DNA of 64,000 nucleotides from Corallochytrium limacisporum Hawaii (Eukaryota; Protista; Pluriformea), in assembly GCA_002811645.1 (NCBI GenBank), contig PDIP01000051.1, positions 17,722 to 81,721 on the forward strand. The letters run 5' to 3'. Shown here one piece after another: positions 10,466 through 21,600 of this stretch. Every line of letters begins with the position of its first letter. The stretch's first letter is position 1. The notes beneath the pieces are model-generated. The model saw only the letters and a program-made list of their open reading frames with translations. It made no database searches and had not been told where the DNA came from. The translations under genes and the position numbers were made by a program.

Positions 10466-12546
10466 TTCAAATATTAAATTCACACAAATTCACTCTTTTC
10501 TTTCCCTTGAGTTCCTTGTGGATCGTTCGATAACAAGATTCGAACGATTGCGAGTCACACTGTAGTTTGGTTGTGTTAGTAGGTTTCAGATCCCCCAATC
10601 TGCAACAACACAAAGAAGAAAAGAATCCTTTCGGTGAGGTACTGGCGCAACTCAAGCTGCCCCAGATACCTCAGCCGAGGAAGGTTTCACAAAGAAAGAA
10701 AATCAGACGGTTAGTAACAGTGTTCAAAAGTGTCCACAAGAGTACAATAAAAGTTCCGCGTGATGTGACACAGTCCAAGATGAGTCCAATACATGGGTTG
10801 CATACCCAAGTGAGCTAGCCCTGCGCCAGTGTGTGCCACGGGGGACAGAGCAGATAGGTCTGGCAGCCAATGACCGGTGTGCGCAGTCGGGCCTTGGCGG
10901 AATAGAAAGAGCTCTGCTGGGGGGTTGGGACACGTCTGCCGTATCCGCCCCTGTCGTTTGGGTTTCCGATTCCAGCTGCCTCTCCCGCTCCGCCTCGCCG
11001 CCCTTTTCTCACCCCGCAGCCCTCGGGCTAAACGGCTCCGACTCCCCTAGCAAAGATGCGCTACCCAACGCCAGTCAACCTCCCCACCACACGCGCGGGA
11101 GCTGGTGCTTTCGGTGCGAAAATACTCAGCGCCGTGGGGCAGTTGACTAGGCAATTTCCGGAGACGCCCACAGCTGAGTATATCAAATTGAGAGGGCGGC
11201 GCCTTGCAATGGCGAGTGCACCTTCCTTGGTTGACTGGCTTTTTTCTGGGTAGCAAACAGTGTCAAGCGCAAAGCAGACACCTCGTCGTTCGACCGTTTC
11301 TGATTGGAAGATGCTGATCATGTGCCATGTGTCAGTACATGGTTTACAGGAGTGTGTCACATCAAAAGAACATACAAAATAAAAGAAAACACTTACCGTT
11401 GTGGCGGATGATGCTTTTGGATTTGATTCAAAAAGAAAATGTGCCCGTGGATGGGGTTCTCTAGACATTCAGACTTGTCTAGGTGAAATTGTTAAACTCT
11501 AGCTTTTGAAAGCTACGGTCTCTGCCGGGATGTCCTTTGGAGTACCTGATCTGGCCGTGGAGCCTGGTCGTATATGCCTGTATTCGAGCTTATCTTTCGA
11601 TGACGCTGGGCTCCCCACGAAGAGTACAGCACTCGTGATCACCCCAAAGACTCCATTGGTGGGCCACTCTGCGCCACACAAGGTGCCGCATTCACCAATA
11701 GAATTTGAAAGGCCACAATGCTTCCTGCCCCCAGACCCGTGTTCTTCTCCCTTTTGCCGGGGCTTCCGATCGTTCGACGGTCCCTTGCCGTTCCTAGCAT
11801 TGCGCATTGCCTAGAATGGGAAGAAAGAGGCAAAGGGGCTTTGGTAATCGCGCCATGCATAAATCATCCACGTTTTTTTCTTGCTTTCGATATCAGTTCT
11901 TTCTACAGCCACCCCATCCCATGTATGTGGCCAATGCGGGCCCTGCGCGCCACGAACTTGTATTTGGGAGATTCAAACAACACAGACACACAGTGTACGA
12001 AAAACAAGACACCGTGCAGAGGTACCACAGGTCCCGAAAGAAGGATGAAATGAGAGAGGATCGCACGACAGCTTGATGGTTGCTTTTGCGTCAACGCAAG
12101 TGTCATTCCTGGCTCACACACCGACGCACAACTCTCTCAAGATCCGACGAAAGAAATTGTTTTCCTCGTGTGGCGTCGGGCCTTCACGGTTCCCTCGTCT
12201 CACCGCCTTTCGCCGCCCTACGGCTCGCTGGGACACATCGACCCACCCACCGGCCCAGTGGACGGGCCAGCCAATCACCGACCGTTTCTCTTGGCCATAT
12301 AGTAAGTGTACCGTGGAGGAGTGGTCAAAAACGGGGCCTATTTTTAACAACCGCCCTCCCCATTTTCCACTGTATTCTGATGAACCATGCCCTATGCGCT
12401 GTGGGAGGCCCCTGGGGGGGGGGAAGAGGGGAGGCGGAAGTTGTCCAAGGGCGAGCGGAATTGTCCGGACCTGGGAAAACTACCATATTTCTCTATGAAG
12501 CCACCTATCGCTGTCAACCAAAAAAAAAAATAGACACGAAAGTGCC

Positions 12547-12558
12547 AAAAAAAAAAAA
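12547..12558 (-). terminator. RNA polymerase III poly(T) terminator of tRNA-Leu
   Basis: T12 run on the minus strand, 8 nt after the tRNA 3' end. Confidence 0.8.
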
Positions 12559-12566
12559 GATGGAAC

Positions 12567-12647
12567 TGTGACGAGTGGGACTCGAACCCACGCGTGCGAA
12601 CACAATGGCGCCTAAAGCCACCGCCTTAACCACTCGGCCATCGTCAC
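12567..12647 (-). tRNA. tRNA-Leu, anticodon UAG, 81 nt, no intron
   Basis: Cloverleaf: acceptor GTGACGA/TCGTCAC plus discriminator A; D arm GCC-GAGTGGTTAA-GGC; anticodon stem GTGGC/GCCAT with loop TTTAGGC; long variable arm; T arm GTGGG-TTCGAGT-CCCAC. Confidence 0.96.
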
Positions 12648-13742
12648 TTGATTCAGTATCAAAGTCTTTATATTTCAATACTAAATGTACCATCGTGAAT
12701 GTTGCGAAAAAATAATATATAAACCAATGTTGATTTTGGGTTGGGAGGACTGAACCCCTCGTTTGTAAGTGGCTTTTCGTGACCCGCCCGGGTGCCCAAC
12801 CGTCGCCATGCTGCTGATATCAAATCTTGCGGCGTTGATGGACCCTGCACCATACTTTTCAAGACAGATTTGAGCAAAGGGAACAGAATACCTATAGTCT
12901 ATGCGGTCTCGCCCGCGGATGATGATGGTTGCTCTGTGCAGAAGTTGTCCTCCCCCATAAGGAAGGTTTTGGGCCTCAATGCACGGGAAGGCTGCGTTCT
13001 GGAAAAGTGGAAGTACTACCTAGCTGATAACCCTAACTATCATCAAGCATACTTAGCGCCATGGCCTTGAAGTAACCCGCTTGTTCCCGCCCAGTCCCGA
13101 CCTGATTCACCGTCCCATAGTGAATGGACCCCCGCGGAGTTAGCGAGAGGGGGGGGACGCATAGGGCAGCTTAGCAGTTAAATCTGGGGACCGGTGCGGG
13201 ACTAGGAAGAGGGCAAGAAGGGAGAAAACTTACGGTACATTCCCTGCGTCCCCGCCGAAGGAGAGCGCGGACAAGGTGGCTTTTGGAGGTCGCGCGCTCC
13301 GCGACGCGGTTGACAGTTGTGCAGCTGTCCGCCTCCCGTTGGGAAGGGGTTGGGTTGGGTTTGGTAGCAGGGTGTGCAAGCGAGGACGGTGAGGGAAAAG
13401 TGGCAGACAAGCAGTGAATTACCTCCCTGTGTCCACGATCGGCTGATCCAAAAGGAACAGGGGACCAGTTGAATCGGTCGGGAGATGTCTAAACCAGGTG
13501 GGGTTTGACTCGCTGTGAGGAGAACACTGGTGTTTTTCTTTGAGGTTAATTTGTCACACGACGCAATGCTGTGGTTGGGTATTTGTGGTCGCAGGGATCA
13601 AGTAATGCCACAGCAGCATGTACTATATAACACGCACAGGACCAGTAAACATGCACTCGACCATGAGGATATCAACGACAGGCTGAAGTCAGTCTGAACG
13701 AACTTAGATACGAGTAGAGCATAGTGATAACATAGAAAAAGA

Positions 13743-16700
13743 ATGAACCGTACTGCACAGAGGCTCTCTGCGAAAGAAGATGGCAGGCCAACCTTTCCAG
13801 GGTCTCAAGGGGCGGAAACAGTGTCAGGACGAGTTGCAGGGATCCTTCAGGTGGAGGTAGCTTTTGCAGACGGTATTCCAGAGGCGTCTCGTTTCGCAAC
13901 TGGTGTGTTAGTTGCATTAGCTATTCCAATTTTAGTCTTGTACTTCTTGTATTCGGAACATATTTTTGACCTCACAATTTTCCTGGGATCAGTTGCGTTC
14001 TACGGCGTGTTCTTGATCACGCTCCTGGCCATCTTGGCAAACGAAGTGCCGCACCAAAGGTCCCTGCGTGAGGTCAAGTATGATGCTCGCAAGGTTCCGA
14101 AGTATTTTCCTCTTTGGATAGCCAAGACCAAAATATTTGGTTTTATAGTGCGAATGCTACAGAGTTTGCAAAAGACACGCAAGTTTGCGGTCATTTCTAC
14201 GGGGCTGAATGCCTACCGCACGCGGGCCGTGAAAGGTAGGTCAGAGGTGGCCTGGGGTGAGAAATTTAGTGTGGTGCTACACGAGCATGAGCTACGATAC
14301 GATCTCAATGTATCCGTCTGGGAGAAGCGGAGGTTCCGAAACAATCGTTTGCTGGCCAATGGCAAGATTGAGATCCCCAGTGCGCTGTCGTATCTGGAGA
14401 GCCTTACTGCAACGGACAGAGATGGTAATCCACCGACTACAGAAACCAGTTCTACGCCACGAAGATCTGTCACAATGAGTGGGAGCGTAGAAACCCCACG
14501 ACGCCGATACACGGCGCAAAGCACAGACACCGAACAGGCGTTCCAAAAGCTGGCCACAAGGCGCATGGACCAGTTCTTCAGCGACATGGGCGATGAGGTT
14601 CAGGAATTGCGAGACAAGATTGCCCGCAGTACTTGGCGGTATGATAGAAGAACACAGGCATTTGTGATCCCACTGCAGTCATATACGGTTCCGTTCGTGA
14701 TTTCTTTGCCTGACATGTTCCTACGGATACGCTACGAAGCTTTGCATGACTTGGAGACTCGCTTCTTCAAGCAACTCTTCCTAGAGTTTGCCATAAAAGA
14801 TGAAGGCCACCTAAAGGTAAGTCGTGAGGGTCTTGAATCCGTGGTCATGACCATGGGCGAAGAAGTGCTACATGACTCTGATGTGGATCCACTTTTCCGG
14901 GGTCAGGAGACCGTTACCATAGACTCTGCGTGTCAGTTCATTATGGAAAGGGCCATGAAGCAAGGACGCGAAACCTCCACGGCTCCATCCACCAGGTCAC
15001 CACGCAATAGAGGATCGCCGCACATGCGCCCGTTGGGACCTGCGGACCCTGTCACCCGCAAATCCGTACCTGCCGTCCCAGAATTGAAACTAGCGGAAGA
15101 GAATGGTCACAGCTATCGCCGGTTTGGAAGCTTTAGTGGCGGGAATTTCTATGAAATGATTCCGAGTACCATGGAAGATGAGGGGTTTGTGGGACAAAAG
15201 AAGAACAGGAACAAAGTGGCACCAGAGCGTACGTTGCGTTTCCGGAAGCAGCACCACCAGCAGCAGACTTTGGAGGCACTGTCTGAGGACATCGACCCGG
15301 ATGCAGAGAGGGATGTTCAACAGACAGACCAAGTGGAGCAGGACTGGGACGATCTTGCGAGTGTAATCGATACAATGTCGATTGACGCCGGGCTGAGCGA
15401 TGAGGAGTCTGACATGGACATTAGCGATGAAGAATCGTATTTTACCAGCGACGAATGGGAGGCCACTGAAGTGCGAAAGAATACGAAATCAGAGCATGGG
15501 CGGACCTTGATGAGTAGCCCGCGACACGAGGCCAGGGCTGCGGCAGGCGGTAACATTTCCTTCGCGTACCAACAAGGCGAAGTCACGGCTGCTGACGCGT
15601 CGGGAGCTGCCCTTAGGTCTGTCCAGAAAAATGGGAACGGTGTCGAGTCCGGCCCTTCGGACGCAGTGGGTGCGCTCCGTGCTGTGGGACTTTTACGTAG
15701 ATGTCCATTGTGCTGGGATGCTATGCCAGCTGACAGCCTCGATATGATCATCCACATGACGACCTGCCTGGACCACGTGAGCGAGGAAGAAGGAAGAGAT
15801 CACGACCGGAGTGATACAGTTGGCCGCACGGGCAGCTCCTCCGATAGCTCGGCTTTACACGACGACCGTACCGGCATTAATCAATTCATTGTCGGCGGTC
15901 TGCTCACTGAGGCATACGCGTCCCGTGGTTGGCTCCGCCGCCTCGGCTCGTATCTGACCATCGGCAAGTACGAGCTGGGCAGTGTCAGTGGCAATGTGCT
16001 GGTGCTGGATCGCGTGACTGGAAAGCTGGAGGAGGAGAAGATGCCTACGTACATTCGTCTGAGTTTGATTTATTCGTATCAGAGCACTTTGACCCGCGGA
16101 ATTGCGCGTCGACAGACCATTCTCAATATGCTGGAGAGTACTACTCAGAAGCAAGGTGCCAAATTCAACACTCCGGGATCTGCCAAATCTATTTCCGGCT
16201 TTATCAAGTATTACGGGTTAGACATCACTGAATTTGAGGAGGAGGACATCTCTAAGTTCCGCAATTTCAATGAATTTTTCTACCGAAAGCTCAAGCCAAC
16301 TGCACGACCGATCTTTGCGCCTGACGATCCTCAACGCGCGGTTTGTTCCGCTGACTCTCGCCTCGTCGTCTTCGAGACCGTGGACGAGTCCAAGCGTCTC
16401 TGGGTCAAGGGTGCAAAGTTCACCATCCCCAATTTGCTGGACTGCAACGGTGTCGGTCCACCGCCCGGGTTTGAATCCTTGTGTGATGGTTCGGCAGAGT
16501 GCAGCGTTGCTATCTTCCGCCTTGCACCGCAGGACTACCATCGCTGGCACTGTCCCTTTGATGGACGAATCGTCCGCAGCGACCACTTGCCCGGTACATA
16601 CTATTCTGTCAATCCCATGCCCGTGCGGTCGGAGCTGGATGTCTTTACGGAGAACAAGCGGACTGTCACGTTCATCGACACGGACCATTTTGGACCTGTC

Positions 16701-16961
16701 GCTTCGGTCGCAGTCGGTGCGACGATGGTCGGATCAATTATTCTGACCGCGGCAGATAATTCAATAGTCAAGCGCGGCGCCGAGCTTGGGTACTTTGCCT
16801 TTGGCGGGTCCACTGTCATTTATGTTTTCCAGCGTGGTACCATTGTCTTCGACGAGGACCTTATCATCAACTCGCGCCGCCCGTTGGAGATGCGGGTACT
16901 GGTCGGTCAATCACTGGGACGGAAATCGGGTTCCACTCCCCCTAGGGGTCCATCACCATGA
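13743..16961 (+). CDS. PSD2: Phosphatidylserine decarboxylase proenzyme, Psd2 type, with N-terminal hydrophobic helices and a C2-like region
   Basis: FRNFNEFFYRKLKP, SADSR, IFRLAPQDYHRWH, YYSVNP, VGATMVGSI and the GYFAFGGST autocleavage motif. CPLC..H...C motif as in fungal Psd2. Confidence 0.93.
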   Translation: MNRTAQRLSAKEDGRPTFPGSQGAETVSGRVAGILQVEVAFADGIPEASRFATGVLVALAIPILVLYFLYSEHIFDLTIFLGSVAFYGVFLITLLAILANEVPHQRSLREVKYDARKVPKYFPLWIAKTKIFGFIVRMLQSLQKTRKFAVISTGLNAYRTRAVKGRSEVAWGEKFSVVLHEHELRYDLNVSVWEKRRFRNNRLLANGKIEIPSALSYLESLTATDRDGNPPTTETSSTPRRSVTMSGSVETPRRRYTAQSTDTEQAFQKLATRRMDQFFSDMGDEVQELRDKIARSTWRYDRRTQAFVIPLQSYTVPFVISLPDMFLRIRYEALHDLETRFFKQLFLEFAIKDEGHLKVSREGLESVVMTMGEEVLHDSDVDPLFRGQETVTIDSACQFIMERAMKQGRETSTAPSTRSPRNRGSPHMRPLGPADPVTRKSVPAVPELKLAEENGHSYRRFGSFSGGNFYEMIPSTMEDEGFVGQKKNRNKVAPERTLRFRKQHHQQQTLEALSEDIDPDAERDVQQTDQVEQDWDDLASVIDTMSIDAGLSDEESDMDISDEESYFTSDEWEATEVRKNTKSEHGRTLMSSPRHEARAAAGGNISFAYQQGEVTAADASGAALRSVQKNGNGVESGPSDAVGALRAVGLLRRCPLCWDAMPADSLDMIIHMTTCLDHVSEEEGRDHDRSDTVGRTGSSSDSSALHDDRTGINQFIVGGLLTEAYASRGWLRRLGSYLTIGKYELGSVSGNVLVLDRVTGKLEEEKMPTYIRLSLIYSYQSTLTRGIARRQTILNMLESTTQKQGAKFNTPGSAKSISGFIKYYGLDITEFEEEDISKFRNFNEFFYRKLKPTARPIFAPDDPQRAVCSADSRLVVFETVDESKRLWVKGAKFTIPNLLDCNGVGPPPGFESLCDGSAECSVAIFRLAPQDYHRWHCPFDGRIVRSDHLPGTYYSVNPMPVRSELDVFTENKRTVTFIDTDHFGPVASVAVGATMVGSIILTAADNSIVKRGAELGYFAFGGSTVIYVFQRGTIVFDEDLIINSRRPLEMRVLVGQSLGRKSGSTPPRGPSP

Positions 16962-17494
16962 GTAACGTTGTCCTTCATCGTGAGGTCTTTGTGACCTCCT
17001 GTTTTTGGTGCTTATTTAGCACTTACTCAGAATACACCAAACTAGGTTTAGAGTTTTCACCCGTTGTTCAGACTTGAACCCCTGTGCTCTTTCCTCCCAA
17101 CCCCCCCCCCCGGGCGGGGGGGGCCTCCTCCGCACAGGAGTCCATTTTTTAGCCAGCACAATACGCGCTCTCCCCGGACTCATAGGGCCTCCGCTTAGCA
17201 GGTCGCGGCTCCCAAACTTCAGCGCGGGAGCCATCCGCACCGCGGTCTCTGACGCTCGGGTTGAGACTCCATCCACACATGTACATACTCTATGTCTACG
17301 CCCCTGATACGAAAAGGTAGAATTGAACCTGTGCCGCAGGAAAATCATCTCCTTGTGCATAAGACCGAGTACCTGCGAAGTAGAAAGCGACTGTATCCAG
17401 AGAGTGTGTGGCCAGGCTGGTGGACATAGCACACAAGTAGACGACCAGATCATCAACCGCAAAACTACATGTTTATGCCAAGGCTCGGCACGCC

Positions 17495-18514
17495 ATGACA
17501 GGTATCCTCACTCCGGAGCAAAGGGAACAATTCAAAAAGGATGGATATATAGTAATCCCCAGCTTCTACACTTCAGAAGAGGTGCAGGCAATGCGAGATC
17601 GGATGGCGCAGCTCGTCGCCGGTTTCGACCCGGTGAAAGACGGGCACCCGGGTACGGCGTTCGAGACCAAGGCTAACACACAGGGAAAGGATGCGTACTT
17701 TATGGAATCGGCAGACAAAATTCGATACTTTTTCGAAGCCAAGGCGGATCTCAAGCAGACGAACGACACTGATCACGAGAAGGACAAAGATCTCAATCTG
17801 AAAGTGAACAAAGTCGGGCATGGCCTCCACATTCACGACGATGTGTTTAGGAGGATGACGCAGCACCATGCCAAAGTCAGGCAGCTAATAACACAGGACT
17901 TGCGTTATGATCGGGCACGGGTTCCGCAATCCATGTACATTTTCAAACAGCCAAAAATTGGAGGTGCCGTGCTCCCGCATAGGGACGCGACCTTCCTGGC
18001 CACCGATCCGATGACGCTAGTAGGCCTTTGGACACCTCTCGAGGATGCAACGACAGAGAACGGCTGCCTTTCCTTCTGGCCTGGGTCACAGGAGCTGTTA
18101 TCACGGAAACAATGGAAGCGTCGGGAGAACGTTGTGCACCCTGAGGCTGACAGAGGATCCTCGCCTAACACCGACAATCATGCGTCCGACCAGAGGGGTG
18201 ACGATGAACCGGTGATGGAGTTTGAAGGCGACGACCCTTACGAACCAATCACCAACGAAAACGAGCGCGAATCAGAGTACGTCATTGCCGAAATGAAGGC
18301 CGGAGACCTGGCCATCATCCACGGCCTGGTCCTGCACCAGTCCAAGGACAACACCTCCGCCAAGAGTCGGCACGCTTACACCTTTCACATTTACGACGAA
18401 GGCAGAAGCCTGTGGTCACCGTACAATTGGCTCAATGGATTCAGGCCGGCATCAGAGGTGGAGGAGCGGTGCGTCGCGGGCTATCCTGTAATTGAGCCTT
18501 TTGAAGCGGTTTGA
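17495..18514 (+). CDS. PHYHD1: Phytanoyl-CoA dioxygenase domain protein (Fe/2-oxoglutarate)
   Basis: NKVGHGLH, QSMYIFKQPKIGGAVLPHRD (HxD), LEDATTENGCL, HGLVLHQS (distal His), SRHAYTFH. Confidence 0.92.
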   Translation: MTGILTPEQREQFKKDGYIVIPSFYTSEEVQAMRDRMAQLVAGFDPVKDGHPGTAFETKANTQGKDAYFMESADKIRYFFEAKADLKQTNDTDHEKDKDLNLKVNKVGHGLHIHDDVFRRMTQHHAKVRQLITQDLRYDRARVPQSMYIFKQPKIGGAVLPHRDATFLATDPMTLVGLWTPLEDATTENGCLSFWPGSQELLSRKQWKRRENVVHPEADRGSSPNTDNHASDQRGDDEPVMEFEGDDPYEPITNENERESEYVIAEMKAGDLAIIHGLVLHQSKDNTSAKSRHAYTFHIYDEGRSLWSPYNWLNGFRPASEVEERCVAGYPVIEPFEAV

Positions 18515-18619
18515 ATGAAGGATTGAAAGTATTCTTCAAGGGACATCTATATAAACGCTAATCATAATTTATAATTCTTCCAGAACTAAACGGTTTGTAA
18601 AGTGTGTGCGGATGTACAT

Positions 18620-21600
18620 TCACAGTGCCACGGCGTTAGCCATATGCCGCAGCTCGAGGACCATGGCCTCTGTAAACGTCGAGGCCGAAGGAACCAAACA
18701 CTGGCTGCCCTGCACAGACAGAGAGAACGATTCAGACTCGGGATGGAAAGTCACGGCAATGCCAACACCATAGTCTGGGTTTGGAGCGAAGGTTACAAAG
18801 TTACGGACTGTGCCTCCGGCCAGTTTTTTGCCGTGGTACGCCGCGTGGCTCGGGTGAACGTCCGCAACCGTCCGGTCGTGCAAGCGATCTGTCAGGTATG
18901 AACCGAATGGCACCTTGCGAGAAACAAAGAGCAGGGCACGAAGCACAACCTCCTCCATGTCGGTGCCAAACTCATTCAGCCGCTTCAGCATCTCCTTGAG
19001 ACGCTGCTGCGGGCTGCGTGCAGTAAGGGGAAGCATGACGTAGCCAAGGGGACTGTTAGCATTTTGTTTGGCAGTGTTGCCGTTGGCATGGCCAAAGTCT
19101 GCATCGTCTGCGGCCACGGTGGTCGCAGTGTCCATGGCAGTTGGATCCGCAGCTTTCTGCACTGCGGAGACTGGCAGGCGGCAGGGCACATCCTGGCCAA
19201 AGTGACCGTCGGTACGTTGGTCACATCGTGCCAGGGCGCCCGCAATGGCAGCGAGGATGACCGCTAGGTGGCCCTTGACAGTATCCGGCTGGGCCCAGCG
19301 CTGCACTGTCAAAGCTTGATCATCGGAAAGACCGTGATTGCGCCGGGATTTGCGCCGGAGTGCGGTGAGAGCGTCATTGAGGACATGCAGAGGTGCATTC
19401 TCCAGCCACGCGGCGTTGATGAAGAGATCAACGTCGAAACCAGCGTCAGAGGCGGTAGCGATGCCTTCGAGGGCAGTGGCCTTCTGGAGCATTGAAGACA
19501 CTTCATTGACGGCCTGGGTGGCGACGGTGTTGCCCGTGACTGAGTAGACGTCCTCTTCCATTGATGATGTGGATGATGATGATGATGACTGGTGGGTATG
19601 TGACCATAATCCAGTGGAGATCGAGGCTTCGCCTGCAGCTGAGGTACTCGGTTTATCCACGGCGAAGGTCACGGAAGGCTTCTTTGCCTTGGTTTGCACT
19701 GGTTTCGCGGGAGGAGAGCGCATGATCACGTCCTCGTTGACCTGGTAGCTAGGAATGACCGTGAACGGAGAGGCGGCCTTGGAGCTCGTTTGCAGCGACG
19801 TCAGGTCGCTGGCGGCCAGAAGCCGCCGGGTCGAGTCCAGGGCCAGGCGGCTGGCGTCCAGCATTTCCTGCGTAAAGCGCCAGGGGTCGGTGAGGGCGTA
19901 CCAGGAAAGGCCGCCCACGGTGCCGAGCATGGACTCTGATTCGTTCAGAGTGCGGGCCAGCCGGTTGCGCTGGCTCTCGGCATCGGCCCTGAGCTGGCGG
20001 AGAAAGACCTTCTGTGGATCTTCTGCAGTTTCAGACGCGAGGTCAGAGAGCGAAAAGTTCATCCCCGAGGCTGCCACCGCTTGTTCGACCTCGGTGCGGC
20101 TGGGAAGCGGGGGCACGGGACGCTTCTTCTTCGACCGCGTGGTGCCACGGGAAGGTCCTTCCGTGTAGATATCCTCCTCCGAGTCGTGGAACATTTCGTC
20201 GTCTTCATCATCATACTCACCGTGTGCGCGCTGCTCCTCGCCATCGACACAGATACCAGAATCGCGGTTGGGTTCCCGCTTGCCGTCACTATCGTCGGCG
20301 CCGGCATCGTCATCATCTCGTCTGGCTTCGTGGAGAGCGACGGTTGTGTTACGCTCTTCCATTGCCTCATTCCTCGACACCGCAACCTCGGACTCGAGAC
20401 TTCCATGCGCGAGCAAATCCTCCAGCAGGACGTTGCAGCCCTCCGCATCGGAGAGGGCATAGTGAATGCGCACGAGCATGCCAAGGTTGGCGTTGCCCGC
20501 ACTGCAGTTCTCACGGTCCACAGGCAGGCACTCATTTGCGTCAAAGAGCAGGACGTCCCACAGGGGCATATCTCCACGCATGGGCTCGTTCAAGAGCCGC
20601 ACAGTCAGACGCTGTAGGTTGACGTCCTTCTTCGTGTCTGGCTCCATCCACCGCATGTGGGACTTTATGCGGAAGTTGGGATCGCTAAGCCAATGATAGG
20701 TTCCGCTCCCGACAAAGTTACCGGTGCGCTTGCCGCTCTCGTACAGGCGCTGGCGCAGACGCGGATTACGGTGGACCCAGTGCCGCAGTACGCGCTCCAA
20801 ATGGGCCAAAAACCGGCCTTTGCGGAGATCCAGAGAAGTAATGCCGGTCGGGTCAGTGACAACCGACGAATCGATGTCGGAAGATGCATGGCCGTGGCTG
20901 CCATGGTTGTCGTCTAACACGTCACCGTGATCGCCCTCACCTTCCTCGAGCAGAAACAGTGCAGACACCATGTGATTGCCCTCGCAAACCAGCAGCTCGG
21001 GAAGGAGTTCCGGGAGGTAGACATTGGTGCGCGCCTTGCTCCAAAACTTGCACGTGTTCTCGGTTTCGATCGCTTCGCGGACTTTGACCTCCGCCGAGCG
21101 AAGCACTTCAGCCCTGCGCGGGTCCGCGCTCCGTTCCAAGGCCTCGCGGAACTTCTGCTGACGTTGACTGAGGAAGACCCATTCCTGGGATCCAAGCGGG
21201 TCGAATTCCTTCGGGTGACCAACTCGGACGTTGTGCAGCTTACAGTCCTCAACGGTTTCCACAAAGTCCTGGAATTGGTGGTTGAAGGCCTCGGGTTCGT
21301 CAATGGGTAGGCCGTGACCTGCATCAGTGAAAACATGCAGACGGGCGCCCAGGTCAGGTTGGAGGACCACAGAGTTCAAAGGACGAACAAGCGAGTCATC
21401 GATCGCGGCAAAGATCAGGATAGGGACACCGGCCTCCTTGACGCGTTTCAGTCGGCCGCTGCTCACATAGTGCATGAAGATGGCAGCGACCTGGTTTACA
21501 AACCCCAGAGGATTGGAAATCTCTACTGAAAGAGATGTAACGTTGCACGAGTTCAGAAACTTGACCTTTTCTGGGTTCCTCCGATGGTCTGCACCGACCA

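Noticed and set aside
9041-10477. 478-aa plus-strand ORF
   Set aside because: Antisense shadow of the codon-biased HMGCS gene; no recognisable motifs.
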